A DNA stretch of 64,000 nucleotides from Escherichia coli (GCF_046105845.1 NZ_CP151004.1), one strand, 5' to 3'. Positions 1 to 15,117 are shown, counted from the first letter of the stretch. Notes: generated by a model not told the origin, from the sequence alone. Program-made: numbers and translations.

Positions 1-1
1 C

Positions 2-1009
2 GCTATTTTCGGCGGGAAAAGACGAGTAAGAATTTCAAGTCAAAGCCTTAAACGTGCGATGCGTAAAAGTGATTATTACGCACAAAATATTGGTGAATCC
101 AGTCTCAGAACAATTCATCTTGCACAATTACGTGATGTTCTTCGGCAAAAACTTGGTGAACGTTTTGACCAAAAAATCATCGATAAGACATTAGCGCTGC
201 TCTCCGGTAAATTAGTTGATGAAGCCGAAAAGATTTCTGCCGATGCGGTTACTCCATGGGTTGTGGGAGAAATAGCCTGGTTCTGTGAGCAGGTTGCAAA
301 AGCAGAGGCTGATAATCTGGATGATAAAAAGCTGCTCAAAGTTCTTAAGGAAGATATTGCCGCCATACGTGTGAATTTACAGCAGGGTGTTGATATTGCG
401 CTTAGTGGAAGAATGGCAACCAGCGGCATGATGAGTGAGTTGGGAAAAGTTGATGGTGCAATGTCCATTGCGCATGCGATCACTACTCATCAGGTTGATT
501 CTGATATTGACTGGTTCACCGCTGTAGATGATTTACAGGAACAAGGTTCTGCACATCTGGGAACTCAGGAATTTTCATCGGGTGTTTTTTATCGTTATGC
601 CAACATTAACCTCGCTCAACTTCAGGAAAATTTAGGTGGAGCCTCCAGGGAGCAGGCTCTGGAAATTGCAACCCATGTTGTTCATATGCTGGCAACAGAG
701 GTCCCTGGAGCAAAACAGCGTACTTATGCCGCTTTTAACCCTGCGGATATGGTAATGGTTAATTTCTCCGATATGCCACTTTCTATGGCAAATGCTTTTG
801 AAAAAGCGGTTAAAGCGAAAGATGGCTTTTTGCAACCGTCTATACAGGCGTTTAATCAATATTGGGATCGCGTTGCCAATGGATATGGTCTGAACGGAGC
901 AGCTGCGCAATTCAGCTTATCTGATGTAGACCCAATTACTGCTCAAGTTAAACAAATGCCTACTTTAGAACAGTTAAAATCCTGGGTTCGTAATAATGGC
1001 GAGGCGTGA
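2..1009 (+). CDS. casC: Cascade subunit CasC (Cas7e), 5' end cut by window edge
   Basis: Reading frame is open from nt 2 to the stop at 1009; the 316-aa track ORF is the C-terminal part. Followed directly by casD, casE, cas1, cas2 and a type I-E array. Confidence 0.85.
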   Translation, partial: AIFGGKRRVRISSQSLKRAMRKSDYYAQNIGESSLRTIHLAQLRDVLRQKLGERFDQKIIDKTLALLSGKLVDEAEKISADAVTPWVVGEIAWFCEQVAKAEADNLDDKKLLKVLKEDIAAIRVNLQQGVDIALSGRMATSGMMSELGKVDGAMSIAHAITTHQVDSDIDWFTAVDDLQEQGSAHLGTQEFSSGVFYRYANINLAQLQENLGGASREQALEIATHVVHMLATEVPGAKQRTYAAFNPADMVMVNFSDMPLSMANAFEKAVKAKDGFLQPSIQAFNQYWDRVANGYGLNGAAAQFSLSDVDPITAQVKQMPTLEQLKSWVRNNGEA

Positions 1010-1011
1010 AC

Positions 1012-1686
1012 ATGAGATCTTATTTGATCTTGCGGCTTGCTGGGCCAATGCAAGCCTGGGGGCAGCCGACCTTTGAAGGAACGCGACCTACCAGAAGATT
1101 TCCGACCCGAAGCGGGTTATTAGGGCTACTCGGGGCTTGTCTTGGGATCCAACGTGATGATACTTCTTCATTACAGGCGTTATCAGAGAGTGTGCAATTT
1201 GCAGTGCGCTGCGATGAACTCATTCTTGACGATCGTCGTGTGTCTGTAACGGGGTTGCGTGATTACCATACAGTCCTTGGAGCGCGAGAAGATTACCGTG
1301 GTTTGAAAAGTCATGAAACGATTCAAACATGGCGCGAATATTTATGTGATGCCTCCTTTACCGTCGCTCTCTGGTTAACACCCCATGCAACGATGGTTAT
1401 CTCAGAACTTGAAAAAGCAGTATTAAAGCCTCGGTATACACCCTACCTGGGGCGAAGAAGTTGCCCACTAACACACCCGCTTTTTTTGGGGACATGTCAG
1501 GCATCGGATCCTCAGAAGGCGCTATTAAATTATGAGCCCGTTGGCGGCGATATTTATAGTGAGGAATCAGTTACAGGGCATCATTTAAAATTTACGGCGC
1601 GCGACGAACCGATGATCACCTTACCTCGACAATTTGCTTCCCGAGAATGGTATGTGATTAAAGGAGGTATGGATGTATCTCAGTAA
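1012..1686 (+). CDS. casD: Cascade subunit CasD (Cas5e)
   Basis: Track ORF 1006..1686; ATG at 1012 gives MRSYLILRLAGPMQAWG..., recognised as E. coli CasD; 3' end overlaps casE by 14 nt. Confidence 0.9.
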   Translation: MRSYLILRLAGPMQAWGQPTFEGTRPTRRFPTRSGLLGLLGACLGIQRDDTSSLQALSESVQFAVRCDELILDDRRVSVTGLRDYHTVLGAREDYRGLKSHETIQTWREYLCDASFTVALWLTPHATMVISELEKAVLKPRYTPYLGRRSCPLTHPLFLGTCQASDPQKALLNYEPVGGDIYSEESVTGHHLKFTARDEPMITLPRQFASREWYVIKGGMDVSQ

Positions 1687-2272
1687 AGTCATCATTGCCA
1701 GGGCCTGGAGCAGGGATCTTTACCAACTTCACCAGGGATTATGGCATTTATTTCCAAACAGACCGGATGCTGCTCGTGATTTTCTTTTTCATGTTGAGAA
1801 GCGAAACACACCAGAAGGCTGTCATGTTTTATTGCAGTCAGCGCAAATACCTGTTTCAACTGCCGTTGCGACAGTCATTAAAACTAAACAGGTTGAATTT
1901 CAACTTCAGGTTGGTGTTCCACTCTATTTTCGGCTTCGGGCAAATCCGATCAAAACTATTCTCGACAATCAAAAGCGCCTGGACAGTAAAGGGAATATTA
2001 AACGCTGTCGGGTTCCGTTAATAAAAGAAGCAGAACAAATCGCGTGGTTGCAACGTAAATTGGGCAATGCGGCGCGCGTTGAAGATGTGCATCCCATATC
2101 GGAACGGCCACAGTATTTTTCTGGTGATGGTAAAAGTGGAAAGATCCAAACGGTTTGCTTTGAAGGGGTGATCACCATCAACGACGCGCCAGTGTTAATA
2201 GATCTTGTACAGCAAGGTATTGGGCCAGCTAAATCGATGGGATGTGGCTTGCTATCTTTGGCTCCACTGTGA
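1673..2272 (+). CDS. casE: CRISPR repeat endoribonuclease CasE (Cas6e)
   Basis: 199-aa ORF MYLSKVIIARAWSRDLYQLHQGLWHLF..., recognised as Cas6e; position between casD and cas1. Confidence 0.92.
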   Translation: MYLSKVIIARAWSRDLYQLHQGLWHLFPNRPDAARDFLFHVEKRNTPEGCHVLLQSAQIPVSTAVATVIKTKQVEFQLQVGVPLYFRLRANPIKTILDNQKRLDSKGNIKRCRVPLIKEAEQIAWLQRKLGNAARVEDVHPISERPQYFSGDGKSGKIQTVCFEGVITINDAPVLIDLVQQGIGPAKSMGCGLLSLAPL

Positions 2273-2287
2273 TTGAGGTGTAATAAA

Positions 2288-3491
<1,204 letters not shown>

Positions 3492-3596
3492 AAACAAAGA
3501 ATTAGCTGATCTTTAATAATAAGGAAATGTTACATTAAGGTTGGTGGGTTGTTTTTATGGGAAAAAATGCTTTAAGAACAAATGTATACTTTTAGA
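3492..3596 (+). promoter_or_regulatory. CRISPR leader (AT-rich, contains the array promoter)
   Basis: 105-bp AT-rich segment between the cas2 stop and the first repeat; in type I-E systems the leader sits here and new spacers are added at this end. Confidence 0.6.
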
Positions 3597-5089
3597 GAGT
3601 TCCCCGCGCCAGCGGGGATAAACCGTCCGATCCGAAAAAACGGGTAGTCGCCTACGAGAGTTCCCCGCGCCAGCGGGGATAAACCGCCCAGTGGCGAAGG
3701 GCAACGTAAGCATAAAACGAGTTCCCCGCGCCAGCGGGGATAAACCGGGGTAACACCGTGGCAGCAAGTCGATCCGCTGGAGTTCCCCGCGCCAGCGGGG
3801 ATAAACCTGATGCGCGCCGACTTGAATCACTGCGCATGGCGAGTTCCCCGCGCCAGCGGGGATAAACCGATGGACCGTGCCGCTTTTCGCCACCTGACGC
3901 CGAGTTCCCCGCGCCAGCGGGGATAAACCGTGGCTCCGGTCGGGGCCCGCCGCTTGCGGTGGGAGTTCCCCGCGCCAGCGGGGATAAACCGGTGCGTGAA
4001 TTATCTATCCAGGCAAAAGTAACGAGTTCCCCGCGCCAGCGGGGATAAACCGCATATTTTTCAGGATATCTATAAATGGGCGGGGAGTTCCCCGCGCCAG
4101 CGGGGATAAACCGCTCATCAAAATAATCGGCATTGTCAGAAATCCGAGTTCCCCGCGCCAGCGGGGATAAACCGTGCACTGGCTGACTACGCCGCAGCAC
4201 ATAAATGAGTTCCCCGCGCCAGCGGGGATAAACCGATAATTGATGCGATCTGGTCCACTACAGTGGCGAGTTCCCCGCGCCAGCGGGGATAAACCGTAGT
4301 TGCTGTTTAGGCTGTGTTGTGGTTACCAGAGTTCCCCGCGCCAGCGGGGATAAACCGACCTGCTCGCGATGCGTCTGCCGCTGGAACCCGAGTTCCCCGC
4401 GCCAGCGGGGATAAACCGTTGCGCGATCCATCGCTCAGCTTTGATCATGAGAGTTCCCCGCGCCAGCGGGGATAAACCGCGCAGCGCCGACGAACTGGAC
4501 GGCGCTATAAAGAGTTCCCCGCGCCAGCGGGGATAAACCGATGTGGCAGAAATTGATGGAGCGGATGTGCGAGAGTTCCCCGCGCCAGCGGGGATAAACC
4601 GATTTAGATACGGCACACAGGAATGCGCTGGATGAGTTCCCCGCGCCAGCGGGGATAAACCGCGGCTGGCTGTAATAATGCACGGCAGTGTGACGAGTTC
4701 CCCGCGCCAGCGGGGATAAACCGTGAATAATAAGGCGCTGACGGGCGATATTACGGAGTTCCCCGCGCCAGCGGGGATAAACCGGAACAACCTGAACGGA
4801 TGCCACCTTTTCACCTGAGTTCCCCGCGCCAGCGGGGATAAACCAACCGTCAGCATAGACCCATCTAGTCAGATTCTGTGTTCCCCGCGCCAGCGGGGAT
4901 AAACCGGCCCATTCCCCCCATACCGGCGGCAAGTTTAAGTGTTCCCCGCGCCAGCGGGGATAAACCGATTCCGTCAAATTTATCACTCAACGCCAGTTCG
5001 TGTTCCCCGCGCCAGCGGGGATAAACCGGGCGCACTGGATGCGATGATGGATATCACTTAGAATTCCCCGCCCCTGCGGTAGAACTCGC
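3597..5089 (+). CRISPR. Type I-E CRISPR array: 24 full 29-bp repeats, one degenerate terminal repeat, 24 spacers of 32 bp
   Basis: Repeat GAGTTCCCCGCGCCAGCGGGGATAAACCG recurs with an exact 61-bp period from 3597 to 5000. The last three full repeats begin GTG instead of GAG, and repeats 4 and 21 differ in their last base. Degenerate repeat GAATTCCCCGCCCCTGCGGTAGAACTCG at 5061..5089. Confidence 0.97.
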
Positions 5090-5109
5090 AGCTCTCATTT
5101 TCAACCCCA

Positions 5110-6147
5110 TCAAGACGCCTTCGCCAGCTCCTTCACCAGAGGTAGCATTATCCGCATAACATCACGGCAGCGACGTTCTATTCTTCCTGGAAGTGCCTTA
5201 TCAATATGTTGTTGATTATCCAGTCTTACGTCATGCCAGCTATTTCCCGCAGGGAATGCAGCTGTTTTTGCGCGTTGCTGATAACCATCCTTATTCCCAA
5301 GATTCCAATTTGTTGCTTCTACCGAAAGTACGGCAATACCGGCTTTGTCGAAAACTTCGGCGTCATTACAACAGCCAGTACCCTTCGGATAATTTTTATT
5401 CAAACCCGGATTGGTCGTTGCGGCAATTCCATGACTACGCGCAATTGCCAGTGCCCTGTCGCGCGTTAATTTCCTTACTGCTTCAGGGGTTTTTACACCA
5501 CTATTGAAATACAATTTATCGCCAACAATTAAGTTATCGAGATTAATCACCAGCAGCGTATTTTTCTTTTCGGTGTCACTCATCCGCTTGAGTAAATTCT
5601 CAGCGCCTAATTTCCCTTCCTCTTCACCGCTGGTCGCCACAAATCGAATACCATACTCGGTAGGCGTATTTTTCAGGCGTTCTGCCAGTTCCAGCATAAC
5701 ACCTAAACCTGCGGCGTTATCATCTATTCCTTGTAACGTCAGCCCGCCGAGATTGGCATCGGCGTCAGCATCGCTCAGCGGAGCGTAAGTATCCAGATGC
5801 GCCATAATGATGATCTGCTGCGGCGCTTTGCCTTCATGAGCGGCAATCACCGTACTTCCCGTCACGTTATGCCAGCTCTTGCGATTATCGCGGGCGGTAT
5901 AAATATACCGACTATTAAATGTCCGAATATCACTGCGATAACCCATTTGCTGAAACTGCTGGCGAATATAATCGGCAGATAACATTTCTGCAGGAGTTCC
6001 GGTCATGCGTCCCGGAAAGAAAGTAGCAATATGTCGTGCCTGGGTATTAGCAAAATCGCCAGGTTTAGGTGACGAGGCGTGTACGGGGAGAATAAAGCAT
6101 ACGCCGAGCGCCAGGGCAGCGGTACGGTGGCGCAATGCGGAAAACAT
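5110..6147 (-). CDS. iap: Alkaline phosphatase isozyme conversion aminopeptidase (M28 family)
   Basis: 345-aa ORF with signal-peptide-like N-terminus, recognised as Iap; the array's distal end abuts its stop, the classic iap-CRISPR arrangement. Confidence 0.9.
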   Translation of the reverse strand: MFSALRHRTAALALGVCFILPVHASSPKPGDFANTQARHIATFFPGRMTGTPAEMLSADYIRQQFQQMGYRSDIRTFNSRYIYTARDNRKSWHNVTGSTVIAAHEGKAPQQIIIMAHLDTYAPLSDADADANLGGLTLQGIDDNAAGLGVMLELAERLKNTPTEYGIRFVATSGEEEGKLGAENLLKRMSDTEKKNTLLVINLDNLIVGDKLYFNSGVKTPEAVRKLTRDRALAIARSHGIAATTNPGLNKNYPKGTGCCNDAEVFDKAGIAVLSVEATNWNLGNKDGYQQRAKTAAFPAGNSWHDVRLDNQQHIDKALPGRIERRCRDVMRIMLPLVKELAKAS

Positions 6148-6398
6148 AGTGAGTCCTTAAATACCATGCAAATTTTTTTACCGCCATAGTATGAAACTGC
6201 CGCTGCGCTAAAACAATTTCAAATCTTCCTAAACGCCCGAAATCCGGTGCCTTAAGCACTTTTTGATATTAGCTTTGCCAAATCGTTATTCCGTTAAGGA
6301 ACTACTCATTCTAATTGGTAATTTCATTCGTTCTCTTACGCTCCCTATAGTCGAAACATCTGATGGCAAGAAAATAGCGGTATTGCAAAGGAACGGTT

Positions 6399-7307
6399 AT
6401 GGATCAAAAACGACTTACTCACCTGCGGCAACTGGAGGCGGAAAGCATCCACATTATTCGCGAGGTGGCGGCAGAATTCTCAAATCCGGTGATGCTCTAC
6501 TCTATCGGTAAAGATTCCAGCGTCATGCTGCATCTGGCGCGCAAGGCGTTTTATCCAGGTACGCTGCCTTTCCCGTTGCTGCATGTCGATACCGGCTGGA
6601 AATTCCGCGAGATGTATGAGTTCCGCGATCGTACGGCTAAAGCCTACGGCTGCGAGCTGCTGGTGCATAAAAACCCGGAAGGCGTGGCGATGGGGATTAA
6701 TCCATTCGTACACGGCAGCGCGAAACATACCGATATTATGAAAACTGAAGGCCTGAAACAGGCGCTGAACAAATACGGTTTTGATGCCGCCTTCGGTGGT
6801 GCGCGCCGTGACGAAGAAAAATCCCGCGCTAAAGAGCGAATTTACTCTTTCCGTGACCGCTTCCATCGCTGGGATCCGAAAAATCAGCGCCCGGAGCTGT
6901 GGCACAACTACAACGGGCAAATTAACAAAGGCGAAAGCATTCGCGTCTTCCCGCTCTCTAACTGGACCGAGCAGGATATCTGGCAATACATCTGGCTGGA
7001 AAATATCGACATTGTTCCGCTGTATCTCGCTGCAGAACGTCCGGTTCTGGAACGCGACGGTATGTTGATGATGATTGATGACAACCGTATCGACCTGCAA
7101 CCGGGCGAAGTGATTAAAAAACGGATGGTGCGTTTCCGTACGCTGGGCTGCTGGCCGCTGACCGGTGCGGTGGAGTCAAATGCACAAACACTGCCGGAGA
7201 TCATCGAAGAGATGCTGGTTTCCACCACCAGTGAACGTCAGGGCCGCGTGATTGACCGCGACCAGGCGGGGTCTATGGAGCTGAAAAAACGTCAGGGGTA
7301 TTTTTAA
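6399..7307 (+). CDS. cysD: Sulfate adenylyltransferase subunit 2
   Basis: 302-aa [30 protein letters not shown]..., recognised as CysD (PAPS reductase-like fold); start of cysDNC. Confidence 0.95.
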   Translation: MDQKRLTHLRQLEAESIHIIREVAAEFSNPVMLYSIGKDSSVMLHLARKAFYPGTLPFPLLHVDTGWKFREMYEFRDRTAKAYGCELLVHKNPEGVAMGINPFVHGSAKHTDIMKTEGLKQALNKYGFDAAFGGARRDEEKSRAKERIYSFRDRFHRWDPKNQRPELWHNYNGQINKGESIRVFPLSNWTEQDIWQYIWLENIDIVPLYLAAERPVLERDGMLMMIDDNRIDLQPGEVIKKRMVRFRTLGCWPLTGAVESNAQTLPEIIEEMLVSTTSERQGRVIDRDQAGSMELKKRQGYF

Positions 7308-7308
7308 G

Positions 7309-8736
7309 ATGAACACCGCACTTGCACAACAAATCGCCAATGAAGGCGGCGTCGAAGCCTGGATGATTGCGCAACAACATAAAAGCCTGCTGCGTTTTCT
7401 GACCTGTGGTAGCGTCGATGACGGCAAAAGTACTCTGATTGGTCGTCTGCTGCATGATACCCGCCAAATCTACGAAGATCAGCTCTCATCGCTGCATAAC
7501 GACAGTAAGCGTCACGGCACTCAGGGCGAAAAGCTGGATCTGGCACTGCTGGTGGACGGCCTGCAAGCTGAGCGCGAACAGGGCATCACCATTGACGTGG
7601 CTTACCGTTATTTCTCTACCGAGAAGCGCAAATTTATTATCGCCGACACCCCTGGGCACGAGCAGTACACCCGCAATATGGCGACCGGCGCATCGACATG
7701 CGAACTGGCGATCTTACTGATCGACGCCCGTAAAGGCGTGCTCGATCAAACCCGTCGTCACAGTTTTATCTCCACACTGTTGGGGATCAAACATCTGGTC
7801 GTGGCGATCAACAAAATGGATCTGGTGGGTTACAGTGAAGAGACGTTCACCCGTATTCGCGAAGATTATCTGACGTTTGCCGGGCAGCTGCCGGGTAATC
7901 TGGATATCCGCTTTGTGCCGCTCTCTGCACTGGAAGGCGACAACGTGGCTTCGCAAAGTGAAAGTATGCCGTGGTACAGCGGTCCGACACTGCTCGAAGT
8001 GCTGGAAACCGTGGAGATCCAGCGAGTGGTGGATGCCCAGCCAATGCGCTTCCCGGTGCAGTACGTTAATCGCCCGAATCTCGATTTTCGTGGCTACGCC
8101 GGAACGCTGGCATCCGGTCGAGTGGAAGTCGGGCAACGTGTCAAAGTGCTGCCCTCTGGTGTGGAATCAAACGTCGCGCGGATCGTGACTTTTGATGGCG
8201 ATCGCGAAGAAGCCTTTGCCGGAGAAGCGATCACCCTGGTGCTGACGGATGAGATCGACATCAGCCGTGGCGATCTGCTGCTGGCGGCAGACGAATCGTT
8301 ACCGGCTGTGCAGAGCGCGTCGGTGGATGTGGTATGGATGGCGGAACAGCCGCTTTCCCCAGGCCAGAGTTACGACATCAAAATTGCCGGTAAGAAGACG
8401 CGTGCTCGTGTTGATGGCATTCGTTATCAGGTTGATATTAATAACCTTACCCAACGCGAAGTTGAAAACCTGCCGCTGAACGGCATCGGCCTGGTGGATC
8501 TCACTTTTGACGAGCCACTGGTGTTAGATCGTTATCAGCAAAATCCGGTTACCGGTGGGCTGATTTTTATCGATCGCCTGAGCAATGTGACCGTGGGTGC
8601 CGGTATGGTGCACGAGCCAGTTAGCCAGGCAACTGCTGCGCCATCTGAATTCAGTGCATTCGAACTGGAATTGAATGCCCTGGTTCGCCGCCACTTTCCA
8701 CACTGGGGCGCGCGCGATTTACTGGGGGATAAATAA
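7309..8736 (+). CDS. cysN: Sulfate adenylyltransferase subunit 1 (GTPase)
   Basis: 475-aa ORF with GTPase motifs ([21 protein letters not shown]); 1-nt gap after cysD. Confidence 0.95.
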
Positions 8737-8738
8737 TA

Positions 8739-9344
8739 ATGGCGCTGCATGACGAAAACGTCGTCTGGCATAGCCATCCAGTCACTGTACAACAACGCGA
8801 GCTACACCACGGTCATCGCGGTGTAGTGCTGTGGTTTACCGGCCTCTCCGGGTCCGGTAAATCAACGGTCGCCGGGGCGCTGGAGGAGGCGTTACATAAA
8901 CTCGGCGTCAGTACGTATCTGCTGGATGGCGATAATGTTCGCCACGGATTATGCAGCGATCTCGGTTTTAGCGATGCCGATCGTAAAGAAAATATCCGTC
9001 GCGTCGGTGAAGTGGCGAATTTGATGGTTGAAGCCGGACTGGTGGTGCTGACCGCATTCATCTCGCCACACCGCGCCGAACGCCAGATGGTTCGCGAACG
9101 CGTAGGAGAAGGGCGCTTTATCGAAGTGTTTGTCGATACACCGCTGGCGATTTGCGAAGCCCGCGATCCAAAAGGCTTATATAAGAAAGCGCGTGCCGGT
9201 GAACTGCGTAACTTTACGGGAATAGATTCTGTTTACGAAGCGCCTGAATCGGCAGAAATTCATCTCAATGGTGAACAATTAGTAACAAATTTGGTACAGC
9301 AATTATTAGATCTGTTGAGACAGAACGATATTATCAGATCCTGA
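8739..9344 (+). CDS. cysC: Adenylylsulfate (APS) kinase
   Basis: 201-aa ORF with P-loop GLSGSGKST, recognised as CysC. Confidence 0.95.
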
Positions 9345-9393
9345 GACACCACCGGGTTTCCATGCCCGGTTCGTCAAAGTAACAGGATCAAAT

Positions 9394-9717
9394 ATGCGTA
9401 ATAGCCATAACATTACACTAACAAATAACGACAGCCTTACTGAGGATGAAGAAACCACATGGTCACTGCCTGGTGCCGTGGTCGGTTTTATCTCATGGTT
9501 ATTTGCGCTGGCGATGCCGATGTTGATTTATGGCTCTAACACGCTGTTCTTCTTTATCTACACCTGGCCTTTCTTTCTGGCACTGATGCCTGTCGCGGTA
9601 GTGGTGGGGATTGCGCTGCATTCATTGATGGACGGAAAGCTACGCTACAGTATTGTTTTCACCCTGGTGACAGTAGGCATTATGTTTGGCGCACTGTTTA
9701 TGTGGCTACTGGGCTAA
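9394..9717 (+). CDS. ygbE: Small inner-membrane protein YgbE
   Basis: 107-aa hydrophobic ORF in the conserved position downstream of cysC. Confidence 0.8.
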   Translation: MRNSHNITLTNNDSLTEDEETTWSLPGAVVGFISWLFALAMPMLIYGSNTLFFFIYTWPFFLALMPVAVVVGIALHSLMDGKLRYSIVFTLVTVGIMFGALFMWLLG

Positions 9718-9910
9718 TTTGTACTTTCTTGTCTCCTCTGTTCATAATTCAAACCGTAACTAATAATGAGATTATGTTCTGCACGCCCTGGGTATACGTA
9801 ACAATGGACAAATGTGGTACATTTGCCCGCGTTGTCGCGGTATCCCCAACAGAGGATGTAGAGTCGTCTTCGGATGCATGGGATGATGATGCCGTTTTTC
9901 AGGGGGCAGG

Positions 9911-10222
9911 ATGGGTAAACTAACGCTGCTGTTGCTGGCTATTCTGGTCTGGCTACAGTATTCGCTGTGGTTCGGTAAGAACGGTATACATGACTATACC
10001 CGCGTCAATGATGATGTGGCGGCACAGCAAGCTACAAACGCGAAACTTAAAGCGCGAAACGATCAACTTTTTGCCGAAATTGACGATCTCAATGGCGGCC
10101 AGGAGGCGCTCGAAGAGCGTGCGCGTAATGAACTCAGCATGACCAGGCCGGGCGAAACTTTTTATCGTCTGGTGCCTGACGCGTCGAAGCGCGCACAGTC
10201 TGCGGGGCAAAACAATCGATAA
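9911..10222 (+). CDS. ftsB: Cell division protein FtsB
   Basis: 103-aa ORF with N-terminal transmembrane segment and coiled-coil region; upstream of ispDF. Confidence 0.9.
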
Positions 10223-10240
10223 ATCAGCCCAGGAATTAAC

Positions 10241-10951
10241 ATGGCAACCACTCATTTGGATGTTTGCGCCGTGGTTCCGGCGGCCGGATTTGGCCGTCGA
10301 ATGCAAACGGAATGTCCTAAGCAATATCTCTCAATCGGTAATCAAACCATTCTTGAACACTCGGTGCATGCGCTGCTGGCGCACCCCCGGGTGAAACATG
10401 TCGTCATTGCCATAAGTCCTGGCGATAGCCGTTTTGCACAACTTCCTCTGGCGAATCATCCGCAAATCACCGTTGTAGATGGCGGTGATGAGCGTGCCGA
10501 TTCCGTGCTGGCAGGTTTGAAAGCCGCTGGCGACGCGCAGTGGGTATTGGTGCATGACGCCGCTCGTCCTTGTCTGCATCAGGATGACCTCGCGCGATTG
10601 TTGGCGTTGAGCGAAACCAGCCGCACGGGGGGGATCCTCGCCGCACCAGTGCGCGATACGATGAAACGTGCCGAACCGGGCAAAAATGCCATTGCTCATA
10701 CCGTTGATCGCAACGGCTTATGGCACGCGCTGACGCCGCAATTTTTCCCTCGTGAGCTGTTACATGACTGCCTGACGCGCGCTCTAAATGAAGGCGCTAC
10801 CATTACCGACGAAGCCTCGGCGCTGGAATATTGCGGATTTCATCCGCAGTTGGTCGAAGGCCGCGCGGATAACATTAAAGTCACGCGCCCGGAAGATTTG
10901 GCACTGGCCGAGTTTTACCTCACCCGAACCATCCATCAGGAGAATACATAA
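10241..10951 (+). CDS. ispD: 2-C-methyl-D-erythritol 4-phosphate cytidylyltransferase
   Basis: 236-aa ORF recognised as IspD; shares a 1-nt overlap with ispF. Confidence 0.93.
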
Positions 10952-11430
10952 TGCGAATTGGACACGGTTTTGACGTACACGCCTTTGGCGGTGAAGGCCC
11001 AATTATCATTGGTGGCGTACGCATTCCTTACGAAAAAGGATTGCTGGCGCATTCTGATGGCGACGTGGCGCTCCATGCGTTGACCGATGCATTGCTTGGC
11101 GCGGCGGCGCTGGGGGATATCGGCAAGCTGTTCCCGGATACCGATCCGGCATTTAAAGGTGCCGACAGCCGCGAGCTGCTACGCGAAGCCTGGCGTCGTA
11201 TTCAGGCGAAGGGTTATACCCTGGGCAACGTCGATGTCACTATCATCGCTCAGGCACCGAAGATGTTGCCGCACATTCCACAAATGCGCGTGTTTATTGC
11301 CGAAGATCTCGGCTGCCATATGGATGATGTTAACGTGAAAGCCACTACTACGGAAAAACTTGGATTTACCGGACGTGGGGAAGGGATTGCCTGTGAAGCG
11401 GTGGCGCTACTCATTAAGGCAACAAAATGA
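10951..11430 (+). CDS. ispF: 2-C-methyl-D-erythritol 2,4-cyclodiphosphate synthase
   Basis: 159-aa [42 protein letters not shown]..., recognised as IspF. Confidence 0.93.
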
Positions 11431-12456
11431 TTGAGTTTGATAATCTCACTTACCTCCACGGTAAACCGCAAGGCACCGGGCTGCTGAAAGCCAATCCGGA
11501 AGACTTTGTGGTGGTGGAAGATTTGGGCTTTGAGCCTGATGGTGAAGGTGAGCATATTCTGGTTAGAATCCTCAAAAACGGCTGCAATACCCGTTTTGTG
11601 GCGGATGCACTGGCGAAATTCCTTAAAATTCATGCCCGTGAAGTCAGCTTCGCTGGGCAAAAAGACAAACATGCTGTAACGGAACAGTGGTTATGTGCTC
11701 GCGTGCCGGGCAAGGAAATGCCCGATCTGAGCGCCTTTCAACTGGAAGGCTGCCAGGTGCTGGAGTATGCGCGGCACAAGCGCAAGCTGCGTTTAGGCGC
11801 GCTGAAAGGTAACGCCTTTACCCTGGTTCTGCGCGAAGTGAGCAATCGCGATGACGTTGAACAACGTCTGATCGATATTTGCGTAAAAGGTGTACCGAAC
11901 TACTTCGGTGCCCAACGTTTTGGGATTGGCGGTAGCAACTTGCAGGGCGCGCTGCGCTGGGCGCAAACCAATACTCCGGTGCGCGATCGCAATAAACGGA
12001 GTTTTTGGTTGTCGGCAGCCCGCAGTGCGTTGTTTAATCAGATTGTTGCTGAGCGCCTCAAAAAAGCAGACGTTAATCAAGTTGTTGACGGCGATGCGCT
12101 ACAATTAGCCGGACGTGGTAGCTGGTTTGTCGCAACCACCGAAGAACTGGCGGAATTACAGCGTCGCGTCAACGATAAAGAGCTGATGATAACCGCCGCA
12201 TTGCCGGGCAGTGGCGAATGGGGAACTCAGCGTGAAGCGTTAGCATTCGAACAAGCAGCTGTCGCCGCAGAAACTGAATTACAAGCCTTACTGGTGCGCG
12301 AAAAAGTTGAAGCCGCGCGCAGAGCGATGCTGCTGTATCCGCAACAATTAAGCTGGAACTGGTGGGATGACGTCACCGTAGAAATCCGTTTCTGGCTTCC
12401 GGCGGGAAGTTTTGCAACCAGCGTTGTCAGGGAACTTATCAACACAACAGGTGATT

Positions 12457-12476
<20 letters not shown>
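11427..12476 (+). CDS. truD: tRNA pseudouridine(13) synthase
   Basis: 349-aa ORF recognised as TruD; 4-nt overlap with ispF. Confidence 0.92.
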
Positions 12477-13838
<1,362 letters not shown>

Positions 13839-13977
13839 AACGTGAGGAAATACCTGGATTTTTCCTGGTTATTTTGCCGCAGGTCAGCGTATCGTGAACA
13901 TCTTTTCCAGTGTTCAGTATGGTGCCTTGCACGGTAATTATGTCACTGGTTATTAACCAATTTTTCCTGGGGGATAA

Positions 13978-15117
13978 ATGAGCGCGGGAAGCCCAAAATT
14001 CACCGTTCGCCGCATTGCGGCTTTGTCACTGGTTTCGCTATGGCTGGCAGGCTGTTCTGACACTTCAAATCCACCGGCCCCGGTAAGCTCCGTTAATGGC
14101 AATGCGCCTGCAAATACCAATTCTGGTATGTTGATTACGCCGCCGCCGAAAATGGGGACGACGTCTACAGCTCAGCAACCGCAAATTCAGCCGGTACAGC
14201 AGCCACAAATTCAGGCAACTCAACAACCGCAAATCCAGCCGGTGCAGCCAGTAGCTCAGCAGCCGGTACAGATGGAAAACGGACGCATCGTCTACAACCG
14301 TCAGTATGGGAACATTCCGAAAGGCAGTTATAGCGGCAGTACCTATACCGTGAAAAAAGGCGACACACTTTTCTATATCGCCTGGATTACTGGCAACGAT
14401 TTCCGTGACCTTGCTCAGCGCAACAATATTCAGGCACCATACGCGCTGAACGTCGGTCAGACCTTACAGGTGGGTAATGCTTCCGGTACGCCAATCACTG
14501 GCGGAAATGCCATTACCCAGGCCGACGCAGCAGAGCAAGGAGTTGTGATCAAGCCTGCACAAAATTCCACCGTTGCTGTTGCGTCGCAACCGACAATTAC
14601 GTATTCTGAGTCTTCGGGTGAACAGAGTGCTAACAAAATGTTGCCGAACAACAAGCCAACTGCGACCACGGTCACAGCGCCTGTAACGGTACCAACAGCA
14701 AGCACAACCGAGCCGACTGTCAGCAGTACATCAACCAGTACGCCTATCTCCACCTGGCGTTGGCCGACTGAGGGCAAAGTGATCGAAACCTTTGGCGCTT
14801 CTGAGGGGGGCAACAAGGGGATTGATATCGCAGGCAGCAAAGGACAGGCAATTATCGCGACCGCAGATGGCCGCGTTGTTTATGCCGGTAACGCGCTGCG
14901 CGGCTACGGTAATCTGATTATCATCAAACATAATGATGATTACCTGAGTGCCTACGCCCATAACGACACAATGCTGGTCCGGGAACAACAAGAAGTGAAG
15001 GCGGGGCAAAAAATAGCAACCATGGGTAGCACCGGAACCAGTTCAACACGCTTGCATTTTGAAATTCGTTACAAGGGGAAATCCGTAAACCCGCTGCGTT
15101 ATTTGCCGCAGCGATAA
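13978..15117 (+). CDS. nlpD: Lipoprotein NlpD (LysM plus M23 peptidase-like domain)
   Basis: 379-aa ORF with lipobox (LAGCS), PQIQ repeats and a C-terminal M23-like region; the rpoS promoters lie inside this gene in E. coli. Confidence 0.92.
   Translation: MSAGSPKFTVRRIAALSLVSLWLAGCSDTSNPPAPVSSVNGNAPANTNSGMLITPPPKMGTTSTAQQPQIQPVQQPQIQATQQPQIQPVQPVAQQPVQMENGRIVYNRQYGNIPKGSYSGSTYTVKKGDTLFYIAWITGNDFRDLAQRNNIQAPYALNVGQTLQVGNASGTPITGGNAITQADAAEQGVVIKPAQNSTVAVASQPTITYSESSGEQSANKMLPNNKPTATTVTAPVTVPTASTTEPTVSSTSTSTPISTWRWPTEGKVIETFGASEGGNKGIDIAGSKGQAIIATADGRVVYAGNALRGYGNLIIIKHNDDYLSAYAHNDTMLVREQQEVKAGQKIATMGSTGTSSTRLHFEIRYKGKSVNPLRYLPQR

Noticed and set aside
3555-4986. Several long minus-strand ORFs (112-183 aa) across the CRISPR array, with recurring PRWRGEL / SPLARGT / FIPAGAGNS peptides.
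   Set aside because: They are produced by translating the 29-bp repeat in three frames at a 61-bp period; no start context, and they coincide exactly with the array.
9702-9923. 73-aa ORF between ygbE and ftsB.
   Set aside because: Overlaps the 3' end of ygbE and the ftsB start, with no ribosome-binding site; the interval is an ordinary intergenic spacer.
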